A DNA stretch of 64,000 nucleotides from Octopus vulgaris (GCA_951406725.2 OX597836.1:4216001-4280000); one strand, 5' to 3'; shown: positions 25,845 through 40,338, counted from the first letter of the stretch. Numbers and translations are program-made. The notes: generated by a model not told the origin, from the sequence alone.

Positions 25845-26089
25845 GAACGGATCAAATGTATTTCCTAAGTCATAGGTTCAAACGGCCAGTTTCCCGGTAT
25901 CTCTGGCGTATATATATCCGCCTCGAAACGAGATACCGGTCCTTCGTCGGATTGCCGAGCGAACTGGAGCAAATTAAAATTACAGTCTTTTTGCTCAAGA
26001 GCACAGCTATTCGCACGATCTAGGAATGGGAACCGCAGTCTTACGATCATGCGTGTAATGGCCTACACTATAAACCGCGATCGGGCATC

Positions 26090-26139
<50 letters not shown>

Positions 26140-26450
26140 CACACGCACACACGCACACTTAAAATGGATCAAATTTAGTCAATGCTTTGTCGGCTCAATC
26201 GGCAGGTCCCTCAGATTCTGTCCGGGAAAACGGCCGGATTTTGTCTCAAAACGGGATGCCGGTCCGTCACCGGATGACACAGTTTTACCAGCTGCGTGAA
26301 GTGGAAGAACGTGAAATGAAGTTTTCTTTCTTTCTTTCTTTCTTTTCATCTTCAATTTTGGCTGAAGAACACAAGGTATCGCACAGGCAAGGAATAGAAA
26401 CCACAAACAGTGTTACACACTAACCTCAAAAACACAGGCCACTACGACCT
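25845..26450 (-). mobile_element. Two tandem degenerate copies of SINE family C separated by (CA)n
   Basis: Both start ggatcaaat and share tcgaaacgagataccggtcc / tcaaaacgggatgccggtcc and ttgctcaagagcaca / tggctgaagaacaca; related pieces at 10240-10355, 27760-28050, 40990-41105 and 53255-53355. Confidence 0.6.
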
Positions 26451-27204
26451 TCCCTCTACACACACACATACATGTATTTGCTGCTTTTTGTTTGACTGCG
26501 CTACAACATTGTACGGCCAGGCGATTTTGGGTAGATTTGTTTGATAAGATACTGTTGAAGTGTTGTGTTAAGTAGGGATTCTACGATGAATTTGTATTGT
26601 TTAATATAAGACATGTTTCCATTGCTTTGTTCATTGCTTCCAGGGTGTTTTCTTAAACTAATGGAGTTTTCGGTATCTAAGTGAAGTGGTTGTTTTTATG
26701 GGTTCTTTCCCACAGCTATATACCATTTCACACTCAAACACGCATTGAAAGAGAGGAAAGAAAATCACAAGACAAACACAGTAAAACAATTACCGTATAC
26801 ATACATACCTACACTTATACAGATTTATATATATATATAAATATATATACACACACACACACATATATATATATACATCCGCATGCAAGTATGTGTGTGT
26901 GTACCTCTGTGTGTGTTTATGCATAAAGAATGGGAGGGATAGAGAGGGAGGTGCGTTTCCACACATATACACATAGAAGTATATATATATGCATATGTAA
27001 GTATGTATATACATATATATACGTATATATATATACGTATGTATACATATATATATATATATATATATAAATATATACATATATATATGTATATATGTAT
27101 ATAAATAATGTATCATATATTACATTTTATCTATCTAATATATCTGTGGATATATGTGTATGTGTATATATAAGTATACACACACAGACATATAAGTATA
27201 TACA

Positions 27205-27247
<43 letters not shown>

Positions 27248-28122
27248 ACATACACACATACACACACACAATCACACACACACATATATATACAATGGTC
27301 ACACACTCAAACACACGCAGAAAGGTAGGTGTGTGCGTGCGCGCCTTTATAAATCCTGGCATATATATATATATATATATATATGCATAAACACTAATGG
27401 AAAACCAGTAAATATCAAATGATATCAAATTCTCTTCTCGTCTCACTCCTCTTCTGTTCTCTCCTCTTCTATCCTATTATTCTATTACGTGATTGTATCC
27501 TATCTCGCCGTAGCTAATACGATGTGGACATCTGACAACTGAAAAAATGCGGCAACAGAGGAGTTAATCAACAAATATCTTAATCCAAATTTTCTTGGAA
27601 AACAGGAACGGATACAGACAATGAACAATGTACAATGGACAAAATGTCGCTATAAGGAACCGCTCCAGCCATATTCTAACGGCTTAGGAGGAAGAATATG
27701 AGCACCACGTATGCATTCCTCTTATGGCTTCTCTAACTGATCTTATGTTGTGGATGTTGAAGGCAGGTGACCTTGTGTTTAGAGTATACAGCTGACGATC
27801 GTAGGTTCGTGGGAACGAATCGCAGCGCCGCTTTTGTGTCTTCGAGCAACGCCCTTTATTTCGTCTTGTTCCATCGATTCAGTTCTCATAAATGCCTGGT
27901 GCCTGTTTTTCAAAGAGCCAGTCTTGTCATATTCTTTGTTATGCTCAATCTCTTGGCGAATTACAGTTAATGGTAATGTTCAACCATGTGGACGTTAATT
28001 TCATGAGCAGGTGATCGGATCAACTGGAACACAGGTAGTCGTAACCGATCGGGTAAAGACGTGGACAAATCTATCTCGAGACATAGTCTGATGGCCTGGT
28101 GAGTGGAAAATGAATTCTGCTA

Positions 28123-28355
28123 AAGGCGGCGAGCTGGCAGAAACGTTAGCACTCCGGGCGAAATGCTTAGCGTTATTTAGTCCGCCGCTACGTTCTGAGT
28201 TCAAATTCCGCCGAGGTCGACTTTGCCTTTTATCCTTTCGGGGTCGATAAATTAAGTACCAGTTACGCACTGGGGTCGATGTAATCGACTTAATCCGTTT
28301 GTCTGTCCTTGTTTGTCCTCTCTGTGTTTAGCCCCTTGTGGATAGTAAAGAAACA
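28123..28355 (+). mobile_element. Young full-length SINE family A with target-site duplication
   Basis: aaggcggcgagctggcagaaacgttagcac head, B-box-like gagttcaaattcc; flanked by ggaaaatgaattctg at 28105-28119 and 28356-28370. Confidence 0.95.
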
Positions 28356-28966
28356 GGAAAATGAATTCTGATAAAGATATCAGGTGATGAATGGGGGAAG
28401 AAGATTTTAAGTCTAGCTCCGGAGAACAGACGCGTGTCTTCTTCCAGTGACCACTTTTCACTGATGGATTTATTAAAATATAGAAAGCATGGTAGAAAAC
28501 ACGCGTTTGAGTTCCACGCAGTGGGATCGAATCGGTGCCATTTAACTGCAAAGTGAGTTTCCTAAATCCACCATCCTACTTGCAGTACTTAAATCCACAC
28601 AAATTACATCTTAATATTTTGAGAAAAAAATGTTTGGAGGGATATTTTCATAGTTATCCAATGCCTAAGAGTAATGTAGGATTGCCACAGTGGGAGAGCC
28701 TTTAAGTATATATATCTTTAAAAATGGTTTGCTTGGAGGCATTGACTATCAGCATTAGTATACATTAAAACATGCTCAGAATTGTGGGCACCTATACCGT
28801 CTTACAACTAGAAATAGCAGCTAAATTTCACAAATCCAACCAATGACTTCTGAAAGTAAAACTCATTGCACCGATAGATACACTTGTTCCAATTAGATAA
28901 TGGAATAGTTTGGATTGAAACATCGTATGTATACGCTCTGAAGGTTGGCGTTATTATAGAGGATTT

Positions 28967-29161
28967 AAGGCGGCGAGGAAATGTTTGTGGTATTTCGCCC
29001 CTCGCTACGTTCTGAGGTAAAATTCCGCCGAGGTCGGCTTTGCATTTCATTCTTTCGGGGTCGATGAAATAATTAACAGAGAAACACTGGGGTCGATGTA
29101 ATCGATAAGTCCCCTCACCCCAAAATTTCAAGGCCTTGTGGCTATAGCAGAAAGGGTTATT
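28967..29161 (+). mobile_element. SINE family A with 5' internal deletion
   Basis: aaggcggcgag..aaattccgccgaggtcggctttgc..cactggggtcgatgtaatcga. Confidence 0.85.
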
Positions 29162-29889
29162 GTAGTGAATTCCTCACTAGAAGTTGTAGATAAATCATTT
29201 TTTGACTAACACTTCAGTCAGAGAAAGAAAGACAAAATATATGATATTGTTTTAGGTAAATCAAAGAGGACAAGAGCCATGCTATAAATAGCGCTGACAA
29301 TAAGCCTATACCCTCGAAACGGAGTGAGAATAAAATCAATATTTACAAGAATTGGTAAGTAACAAAATCAAGGATGTGGATGTTTATACTAGCTGCTAGA
29401 AAATGCAGCGAAATTTTACTCAAATCACACGCTATGTTCTACGTAAAAATGTTCGTGAAATTTCTGATCAAATTTCCCTGCACTCCCCATCTTTTCTCTC
29501 ACACATGCACGATTTGTTATGGTCTTGATAATGCTGGGGTTATTTCAAATGTTTCTATAACAATAGTATTGTTGCTTTCGTGTCTTATAGATGTAACGCC
29601 CTGATTTTCGAAATTAATTGTCATTTTCCTTCTAAGGAATGTAAAAGTGGTGAATGAGCAAAGCACTGATAAGAAATAAACTATCTTTAGATTAATTCTA
29701 ATATATTTGTGGTGCATTTTAACTTCTAGAGGCAATTTTACTGCAGTTTACCGCAGAGAAAATTGTTTTCTTATGAAATACGTTGGTTTTACACATTTTA
29801 CTACAAGCAATAATAATTTTCTCCACGGGAAAACCGCAGAGAAACTGTTCAGATTTGTGCTTGTAATTATCGGAGCCCAGGGTTATGTA

Positions 29890-30205
29890 ACACCTAAATA
29901 CATGTCGCCTAAATACCTACCTTGAGAAATTAGGCTTCACAAAAGCATAGAATTAGAAAGCTAATCCGAACACCACAGATCCAACCCATTACTCCATCAC
30001 TGAAAAAACATGTCTCTATACGCAAGTGTATGCATGAGAAGACAAACGTAAGACAAGATATACAAATCTGCCCATATACATACATATTTACAAAAATAGC
30101 CTGTTGTTGATGTAATTTCAATGATGGAGACATGGATCTAAGTTAGAAACCGGATCTTTCGCTATTGGCAAGAAATCTTGAAATAAAACTGAATAATAAC
30201 ATACG
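29890..30205 (+). mobile_element. Dispersed repeat family H1, longer copy
   Basis: 30009-30201 is collinear with the reverse complement of 62676-62877. Confidence 0.75.
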
Positions 30206-30925
30206 TACATATTTCTTACAAACCCGTTTGCATTAATTTGTGAACATGCAACTGTATTATAAGGCTGAGCATACATATTCATGCAAGCATGGACGCACAA
30301 TTCCCTGCACACTGAAATTAATAAAACATGACCTCTATAGGATTACAGTTGTATCGCCATAATCCTATTTGAATTCACGTGGTAAAATAAATATATACAT
30401 CATTTATCCTTCCTGGCCTTACTTATAAATATATATATATATGTGTGTATGTGTGTGTATGTGTATGGGTGTGTGCGTGTGTCTATGTGTGTGTTTTTCT
30501 GTGGAAATTACCTAATATATGACAGCATGGATCCCGGCTTCTACGAGCATGTATAAAAGCAGAGCAAAAAGGAAGTGACGTGGGGAATCACTACTCATGC
30601 GTAAATATACAAACGCGTGTACATGAAAATATATTTATACAGCGAGTGCGACTGAAGGAGGGAGGGATGGTAGGAGGGGTGGGGAGAGAAAACCAATACA
30701 CCGTAACATATTTTATTCTAGATTACGGACACAGACATACTGCCGCTAAGAATTTATATACACAAACATATATGTATATATATATATGCATGTATGTGTA
30801 TATGTGAATATTCGTGTGCATAACATATATATATATATATATATATGAATGCATATATATATATGTATACATATATAAAGTTATATACATGTAACTATAT
30901 ATATATTTATATATACTTATATAAA

Positions 30926-30964
<39 letters not shown>

Positions 30965-31158
30965 GTGTGTGTGCGTGTGTGTGTTTACACATATAGCTAT
31001 ATACATACAACAAACTCTCTCTCTACTATGCGAGACTAAAATATCAAAGCTTGTCCTGAAAATGTCTGCATAATAAATAATAACAAAACATTTAAATACA
31101 TACGCCCACACACTCGCGCTTCTACAGCCCAATACATGCACACAAACATTATATTTGC

Positions 31159-31198
<40 letters not shown>

Positions 31199-31206
31199 GC
31201 ATATCG

Positions 31207-31311
<105 letters not shown>

Positions 31312-31784
31312 TATGTATATATGTTTGTGCATACGTATATACTCACACTCTGTCGTCTACATGAACACACAGAGATACGTGCTCGATTATCCATTTTAGT
31401 AAAAAAAAAAATAAAAGGAAGCCAAGCTTCTTTGAGATCATGTAAAGATATGCAGTCAGTCAAAACTAGGAAAGCAGTCATTTTTCATTCGTTGCTTTCT
31501 GAATCGTGAAGTCTCTTTAAGATCCACCGCCACCCACCTAAGAATACAAAAACCAAGCTATAAAATAAATTAATATATATGAACAAATAAATGAAGCTTC
31601 CACATAATAAATCAATTAGGATCTCTATGAAGAAGGAGGGTGGTTTGTAAAATCGCTTGTTCTTCGATTAGGATCGTCGTCTAAGGCAGACTTTCCTAAT
31701 ATCAGATTCCTTCAGTTACTCGGCTCGTCCTGACTGTTCGATTTATCCGAAATGCCTAAGCAGAATATGTTATTACTATTCTCG

Positions 31785-31815
<31 letters not shown>

Positions 31816-32042
31816 TGTATATATGTATGTATTCATGAATGTTCATATGCATGTATGTAAATATGTATGTATCTATATATGTGTGTATGTATATATGTAT
31901 TATGTATGTATGTATGTATATATATATGCATATTTAAATAAACATATAAATGTATTCCCAAATATGTCTGTCTATTTCTATCTTTCTCTCTCGCTCTCCT
32001 TCTCTCTCTATTTCTCTTTCTCTCTGCATTTATCTATATCTA

Positions 32043-32074
<32 letters not shown>

Positions 32075-32084
32075 AATCTATCAA

Positions 32085-32158
<74 letters not shown>

Positions 32159-32159
32159 G

Positions 32160-32230
<71 letters not shown>

Positions 32231-32367
32231 CATACACACACATATATAATGATGTGTGTTTTCTTTTAAATGTGTATAAATCCATAACCTACCGTTACGT
32301 AATTTGCAATAAAAGTATAGCTATATTCATCGATATATTACACGTATAAATATGTATATATACATCC

Positions 32368-32410
<43 letters not shown>

Positions 32411-32647
32411 GAGAGTGTGTGTATCTACATATATGTACACAAAGAGATGGGCACAAATACATAGGACTGGAAATGAATGTATTGTTATTTATAAATATGT
32501 AGAAGTTTATAGCTACTAAGTTTTTGTTGCAAGCAATTCTCTTGTATTTGTACATCATGAATATGTGTTTTGAAGTTTTATTAATTCTTCTCTTTACATC
32601 TCACCCTTTTCTGCTTCTCTGTGTTTGCTCAATATTCTACACAAAGT

Positions 32648-33075
32648 AAGGCGGCGAGCTGGCAGAAACGTTAGCACGCCGGGCGAATTGCGTAGCCGTA
32701 TTTCGCCTGCCGTTATGCTCTGAGTTCAAATTCCGCCGAGGTCGACTTTGCCTTTCATTCTTTCGGGGTCGATTAAATAAGTACCAGTGACGCACTGGGA
32801 TCGATATAATCGACTTAATCCGTTTGTCTGTCCTTGTTTGTCCTCTCTGTGTATTTAGCCCCTTGTGGCTAGTAAAGAAATAGGTATTTCGTCTGCCGTT
32901 ACGTTCTGAGTTCAAATTCAAATTCCACCGATGTCGACTTTGCCTTTCATCATTTCGGGGTCGATTAAGTTAATTACCAGTTACGCACTGGGGTCGATGT
33001 ATTTGATTTAATCCCTTTGTCTGTCCTTACTTGTACCCTCCATGTTTAGTCCCGTGTGGGCCTTAAATAAATAAA
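32648..33075 (+). mobile_element. SINE family A, head plus tandemly duplicated body
   Basis: Body gtatttcg.ctgccgtta..ccttgtgg occurs at 32698-32885 and again at 32884-33070. Confidence 0.95.
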
Positions 33076-34906
33076 TATATCACATCCCAATGCCTTAAAT
33101 GCTGAAGAATATTATTGAAATATTCTGGGCCACGTTATTCGTGAATATTAGATGGGTTTCTGAATCAGGAGCAACTGAATCAGAACAAACTCTAGAATCC
33201 GGCTTAGCTTGACAACAAATTGTTTCTCAGGACACCTCCCGCGGCAACTGGCCTATCAACGGTGTATGTACATTAAATAAAATACATAGATGACTATACA
33301 TACACTTTTGTCCTCTTCCTCCGATATTTGTTGTGTTTTTAAATTCGTACGTTCATATACATTCAGTACGACGTTTAGATATTTCAAAACAAGAACTGTT
33401 TTCTGTTTAGAGATTAGTTCCTAAGAAGATCACCTTTTAAATCGATTCAGGTACTGCACTGGTCTTAACTTCTTACAAAGGTGCAGCTTTCTTTCTAAAT
33501 CCAGTGAAGGAAGATTTCGTTTTTCAAATCCTGTGAAAGAAAGAAACACCCATTTCATTTCTTTTCTGAGAAATATTTTGTCATTGGAATATACAGGTGG
33601 ATTAATGTGTCACTTGAACTCAGTAAAGGATTATTTTGCGAAAATGCGTGGTGGGAATCGCAGTGCAGCTTTACGTAACACTTTGTCCCCTGCGTGTGTT
33701 TGTGGTGATTTAATATTGTCGAATGACGACGTTGTATAGCCCTAGCTTGAATCTAGGCGAGTGGAATTCAGTTTAAATACATTTCAGTAATAATTAACCA
33801 CGTTTTTTTAAGTGTATATGATTCTTCCATATCTTTTGTGTCTTATATAAAACTGAAGACTTCGATTTCGGGGTGGTTTGGTCGCTATTTGGTGTATGTA
33901 GATCTACCATGTATATGTTTTCTCAAGAATTGTATCTGAATTATCTTAATGGCGAGTTTCCATTTGAATTGACCGAGGGTACCATAGAATGCAATTACTC
34001 TTTATTCGAAAGTAAGTAAGTTAAGCAATCAATAACAATTTGCACCTACCTTTAGTATAATTTCCCCAATGGGCCGAGGAAACAATTTCCAGCATTTCAA
34101 ACATGGTCGGAGGAACAGAAAGATATCATGTTATACAAAAATGAGATAGTGATGTCAAAAATAATTCAGAGCAGAGAGGTACCCTGCAAGAACTGATCAG
34201 GATTTAACGAACATAACTACAACAGCAATATATTTATATCTGGAATTTGTGAAGTAGTGAATCCTTAAAGCGGTTGTTTGATCAGCAACAAGTATCTCCA
34301 TAACATCGCACACTCTCGTCTTAAAACGGGAAAGGATTCTTTGGACACAGTACTATAAAGCATCTATAGATCACTGGCCCTTAATTTAGAGGTTATGCAT
34401 TCCGAAAGGGCGCGGAATCTAATTCTTGTTCATGGTTTAAAAAGAAGTATTCAAACAAACATATGTCGTTTTGTTTGTGCTAATCAATACTACTTTGGTT
34501 CCTTCGGAATCGGTTGGACGGTTAGCATATCAATCCGGATCGAATCGCTTCCAATATTAAACTGCCACGCGTCTTGAGTTTATTTAATGCAACAGAACCA
34601 GCAACCACGACATTAAAAGGTTTTATTGAGAATTTCGATATTTGTAGTCTTTAAATTAAGAAGCCTCGTGAACAGAAAACTCGTAATATCAAACCAAGGA
34701 ACCCAGTTGCCAGAAAACCTCGTAAAAGCTTTCAGAATAGCTGCAATGGATGATTTGTATATACATTTATTAGCTGCAGTTAAACCGGTTAAGTGTCTTG
34801 TATATCTGCTACACACATCGTTGCTGTTGTTTAGTTATTGTTGCTTTACAATACGGTGATTCATAGCTAAGTTCATCAGATATATGCGTAGCATCATCAT
34901 CAACTT

Positions 34907-35154
34907 ATGTTAGGACTATCTTGGACTATAATATTTGATGTGTCATCTTTATTTTCAAGAACGTGGTGGGTTATATGAGGTAGATTTGGCTGTTATACCA
35001 AACACTTATTTTGGCGCAATTTATAGATAATTTTGCCAAAGTTATTCTTAGTATAACCATGTTAGGGCTATCTTGGACTTTAATATGTAATGTGTCTTCT
35101 TGAATTTCACGCAAGTACTGGGTTATTTGAGGTAGATTTGGTTGTTATATCAAA
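34907..35154. repeat. Imperfect ~95-bp direct repeat, period 152, from an abundant dispersed family
   Basis: atgttagg.ctatcttggact.taatat..tgggttat.tgaggtagatttgg.tgttata.caaa at 34907-35002 and 35059-35154. Confidence 0.8.
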
Positions 35155-35475
35155 TGTTAGAGTGACCACATAGATGCTCCCTCATCGGTTAGAATGAAAT
35201 CAAAAAGAAAAGAAATCGAAACCAGAAACATACGGTCGCTGATTAAAAGAACCCTCAACATACACCAGAATGTATTTGAAACAGAACCGTGCCTATCTGC
35301 TGTTTATGTGAAAAGAATATTTCCGTATCCAAGAAATCAGTTTATCATTTCACACTTTCAGAATATTTTCGCAACCAAAGAATTTTAAGCTTTTTCCATA
35401 ACTGCTGAGAAAGTAAGCACACATTGACAAGATCGAAAGCAAACCGGGGAACGAAGGAAAGCTACTATTACAGTT

Positions 35476-35822
<347 letters not shown>

Positions 35823-36168
35823 ATGTTGTTGCCATTTCTGCGGTTGTTTTTATTTTCATTTTATCGTAGTAACGGAACGTGCATTTTAAGAACTGAACAC
35901 GTTGGATTTTTACCAGGTGAGAAAGCATGATATTTTCTTAAAGATTTGATGGATTTCCAAACAATGGATCTCTTAATAGTGTGTTATCTAAATTTTGTCG
36001 AATGCGCAATTTCGTCTGTCCTTGTTATCTTGTAAAGCTAGCCACTGAAAACGAAAAGAGAGGATGCTTTTCCCTAAGAAACATCACTGATTAGTATGTG
36101 GAACAAGCAATCCACAAATACCTAAAGTATATGTATGTAAGTATATATGTATGCATGTATATATATAT

Positions 36169-36228
<60 letters not shown>

Positions 36229-36657
36229 ACATGTTTATACATACATGCATACAAATAGAGTTTGTAAGGGGAACAGTAAAGACTTTTCAAATGCCTTTAA
36301 TGTGACATTGTTTTCAGTACCTATATTATAGCGACGGATCTTTGTTAGTAAACATATTTTTCTTCAAAAGAAGAATCTAAATATTTAAAAACAGAAAAGC
36401 ACACATACACACACACAGACACACATGTATACACACATGCATATATACATACGTTTATATCTATATATATATAGATATATAACATATATATATAGTAAAG
36501 TAAATAAGGGGGGTGGCAGCAGGCTGCTTCGCCTCATACCGAAGGAATTAGAAATGGCAGTCAAAGACTGTTTTTTCCATTTTCTGTAAGTGGAGATTCC
36601 AAAAACGAAGGCCCAAAACCGGAGTAGCAAATAGACGCAAACAGTCACTTACCGTTA

Positions 36658-36721
36658 ATAACGAACATGTTTCCGGATCACAAACTCAGAAAAGTGGTTT
36701 GATTTCCTTCATCGGCGCTAT
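36658..36721 (-). ncRNA. Type I hammerhead-like motif with U4C core variant
   Basis: Minus strand atagcg-CCGATGA-aggaaatcaaac(cacttttctga)gtttgtgatccg-GAAA-catg-TT-cgttat: 6-bp stem I, interrupted stem II, palindromic stem III aacatgtt. Confidence 0.6.
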
Positions 36722-36970
36722 ATTCGATAGATTTACCAAATGCCACAGGCCCTCACTTCTGACCCAGCGACATCAGATAGTGGGGGGAAGTGTGCAGATG
36801 TTAAAACTAAGTAACGACTGGGAACGTAAATTTTCCCTCCAAAATTCTGCCATGCGCGCCTTCTGGGTAATCGTAATGGAATGAGGAATCCACATGGTAA
36901 TGCAATAAAAATGGTAAATAATATATATATAATTTTTTCATACAATCATACATACATTTATATATATATA

Positions 36971-37338
36971 CTCTTTTACTCTTTTACTTGTTTGAAGTCA
37001 TTTGACTGCGGCCATGCTGGGGCACCACCTTTAGTCGAGCAAATCGACTCCAGTACTTATTCTATCGGTTTCTTTTGCCGAACCACTAAGTGACGGGGAC
37101 GTAAACACACCAGCATCGGTTGTCAAGCAATTCTAGGGGGCAAACACAGACACACATATATATATATATACATATATACGACAGGCTTCTTTCAGTTTCT
37201 GTCTACCAAATCCACTCACAAGGCATTGGTCGGCCAGGGGCTATAGCAGAAGACACTTGCCCAAGATGCCACGCAGTAGGACTGAACCCGGAGCCATGTG
37301 GTTGGTTAGCAAGCTACTTACCACACAGTCACTCCTGA
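36971..37338 (-). mobile_element. SINE family B, near full length
   Basis: Collinear with 57247-57648. Confidence 0.95.
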
Positions 37339-37444
37339 CATAATTACATACCTATACATACAAACATATACACACACATATATATTTCGTTCATGTCATG
37401 CTCTGGTTTGCAATGACCTCATGATCGAGTTTGCGTCGCATCCC

Positions 37445-37715
37445 TTTCAGAGGCGATAAATTAAGTAGCAGTGAAACACTGGGGCCGATACAATCAATAT
37501 GTAACCTTCCTTCCCCAAAATTTCAGGCGGTGTGCTTTTAGTAGAAAGGGGTAGTGTTATTATTATTATTTCATTATTGTTATTATTATTATCATTATTA
37601 TTATCATTATTATTGTCATTATTGTTGTTATTAGTATTATTATTATCATCATCATCATCATCTTCATCATCATCATCATCATCATCATCACCGTCATCAT
37701 CATCATCATCATCAC

Positions 37716-37773
<58 letters not shown>

Positions 37774-37822
37774 GTTGTTGTTGTTGTTGTTGTTGTTGTT
37801 ATTGTTGTTATTATTATTATTT
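37445..37822 (+). mobile_element. SINE family A 3' end running into expanded (TTA)/(TCA)/(TTG) arrays
   Basis: cgataaattaagtagcagtgaaacactgggg..ccaaaatttcagg..gtagaaagg then ttatta repeats. Confidence 0.7.
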
Positions 37823-38518
37823 TTTATTTGTACAATATGGATTATTTTATTTTTTTTTTGCAATTTGATTCGAACCGTCAATTCTTAGTAAAATATCAGA
37901 GACAGCAAGAATCGTCTTCAGAACATTAGTTGTTCGAAAAAGGTCAGTTATTTGGAGTACTGACGCGTCTGTCTCGATGTCTCACTGTTCCAGTTGATAT
38001 GACAGATTATTATTTCATTTTTTCTTTTTTAATGCGATTTAATGTTCCGATGCTAACCGATATGGCATTCATTTTTACTACTCTGCATCACAACATTCAC
38101 ACAAGCAGTGATTATCTTGTCTACATCGCTATAAATTCATATATTTTTATCTCCGGAATGATATTATGTGGTGGTCGTGACATAATACTTCATAGCCAGA
38201 TAGAATCACGGAGAAATTTTTAGACAGATATTTTTTGTTGTGTCTCGTATCTTCCTTCTTGATTCCACAGTCTGCTTTGCTCGTCGCATCTAGATATTTT
38301 CCATAGAACGCTATCGCTTCATGCATCAGTTATTTCATTTCAATTTCCTGTTCCTGCAATGCAAAAAACACTCCTATCGAAGTGAAAGCTAATACACATT
38401 GTTGTTGTCGTTGTTGTTGACATTGATTAATTCACTCTTTCTTTTATCATTTACATTATGGTAACATCTGCTGGACATCTGATATTTTGCTATTGTAAAA
38501 CATTTTCTCTTCTCACAG

Positions 38519-38646
38519 ATCATAAGACTTCGCCTATTCTTCGCACATATAAATGTATTAACAGCAATATTCCACCAATGTACTCTCGCATTGTGGTTGA
38601 GTATAACCCTCCATATCACAGTAGCATCTACGTGTTTATCTTCCAG
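38519..38646 (+). other. Candidate internal exon (128 nt), product unknown
   Basis: Acceptor ttttctcttctcacag and donor CAG|gtaatc; two frames stop-free; no recognisable homology. Confidence 0.25.
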
Positions 38647-38960
38647 GTAATCAAAGTCACAGAATGGCCGAATCGTTGAAGCAATGAAAAATGCCTTATG
38701 CTTTATGGTCGCACGGTTTGTGTTGTGATTTCAAATCGTACCGAGGTAAACTTCGCTTTTATTCATTTCTTGTTGGTGCGGGGAGGGTCCTACGATCTGG
38801 CTAATTCAGTAGAACTGTAATACCATCGGCTCGGATACTTTGCGATAATTCTTCCGGCTCTTTGCATTCTGGGTTCAAACCTGCTCCATCCGTGACCAAA
38901 CCCGGTGTAGGACACAATAATTTGTTCGATTAAAACTCGTCCCTTGCGCCGAGGGAGAAT

Positions 38961-39178
38961 TCAACCCATTTAGCATTAACAATTCTCTCTCAAATGTAAT
39001 ATGTCTTCGCATGGTCTTGAATTAATCTAACAACATTCAGATGTTGGTGAAATGATTGCGGATTTTTAGAATAGCAATATTCGGTAAGCGTGAGTGCCTG
39101 GATTTTGCGCATTTTGAATATAAAACAAGTAGGCTATTTCTGAGCTGGGTATGGTTTGTTTACATGCTGAAATGTTAA
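38961..39178. mobile_element. Degenerate MITE with piggyBac-like ends
   Basis: tcaacccatttagcatt ... atgctgaaatgttaa are degenerate inverted ends with TTAA-like flanks. Confidence 0.5.
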
Positions 39179-39924
39179 GGGAGTCTGCTCTCTTACAAGA
39201 ATTCGGAGCTGGCTTCCAGTTTCAGGACACATTCTTGTCTCGGCAACCTAGTCCCGTAAAATCTGTTTCCTGAACACTTATTTCCCTCTCGGATTATACA
39301 GTTGTATCCTTGTCACGATCCCAAGTCTCTTAAAGTTGGATAGCATCGTGTTCACTATTTGCTACACCTCATGTGAGGAGGGTCACAGCTTGAATATAAA
39401 TACCACACAGACAACATAACTTGTTACAACTAGGTAGCTTTTGTTGCGCACCTATCCATTTTTATATAGCAGGTGTTTTACCTTTTCCTGTCCGTTCCTG
39501 TAATAAGAAAGCTTACATGGCAAATTAAATATAGAGATTGCCTGTTCAGCAGGAAAAACTCCAGTTAACATTCCTACAGGAATCTTGAAGCATTCGGATA
39601 ACATATCTTCAATGTGCGCATTTAAAAGCTAATTACGCACATTGATACACCGTTTCTATTTACAACTCAACATATACACACGGGTAGAATATGTATTTCT
39701 AAGATGTATAAAGGAGTGTAACATGCATGACTGTTTTCTCAGCGACTCTCTGTGGTGTTGGTACTTGTGTATGAATGAGAATGTGTGTGTGTGAGTGTCG
39801 GTGTATATGTTCCTGTGTGCGTGTTTATGCGTGTGATTATGTATTAAAATATGTGAATCTGTGCGTGGTATTTCTTAGTTAGGAGTTTGTCTATCAGCCT
39901 TTCACACACTCCCTCTCTATCTTA

Positions 39925-39957
<33 letters not shown>

Positions 39958-40185
39958 CTGAAAGAGAGAGAGAGACAGGAGGAGAGCGAGAGACACAAAG
40001 ATATCTGCATATGTATAAAGACATATATACACATAAAGGGTTACTTATTCAGATGTATGCTTTTATAAATATATGTATACGTGCATACAAACGTATGCAT
40101 AAACATATATTTTCATATATATATATATGTATGTATGTATGTACGTATATGTATAAAAATCTATATATGGATACATATATGTATA

Positions 40186-40293
<108 letters not shown>

Positions 40294-40305
40294 TGTATAT
40301 ATATA

Positions 40306-40338
<33 letters not shown>

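Noticed and set aside
28123-28215. tRNA gene
   Set aside because: A/B-box-like motifs belong to SINE heads; no full cloverleaf
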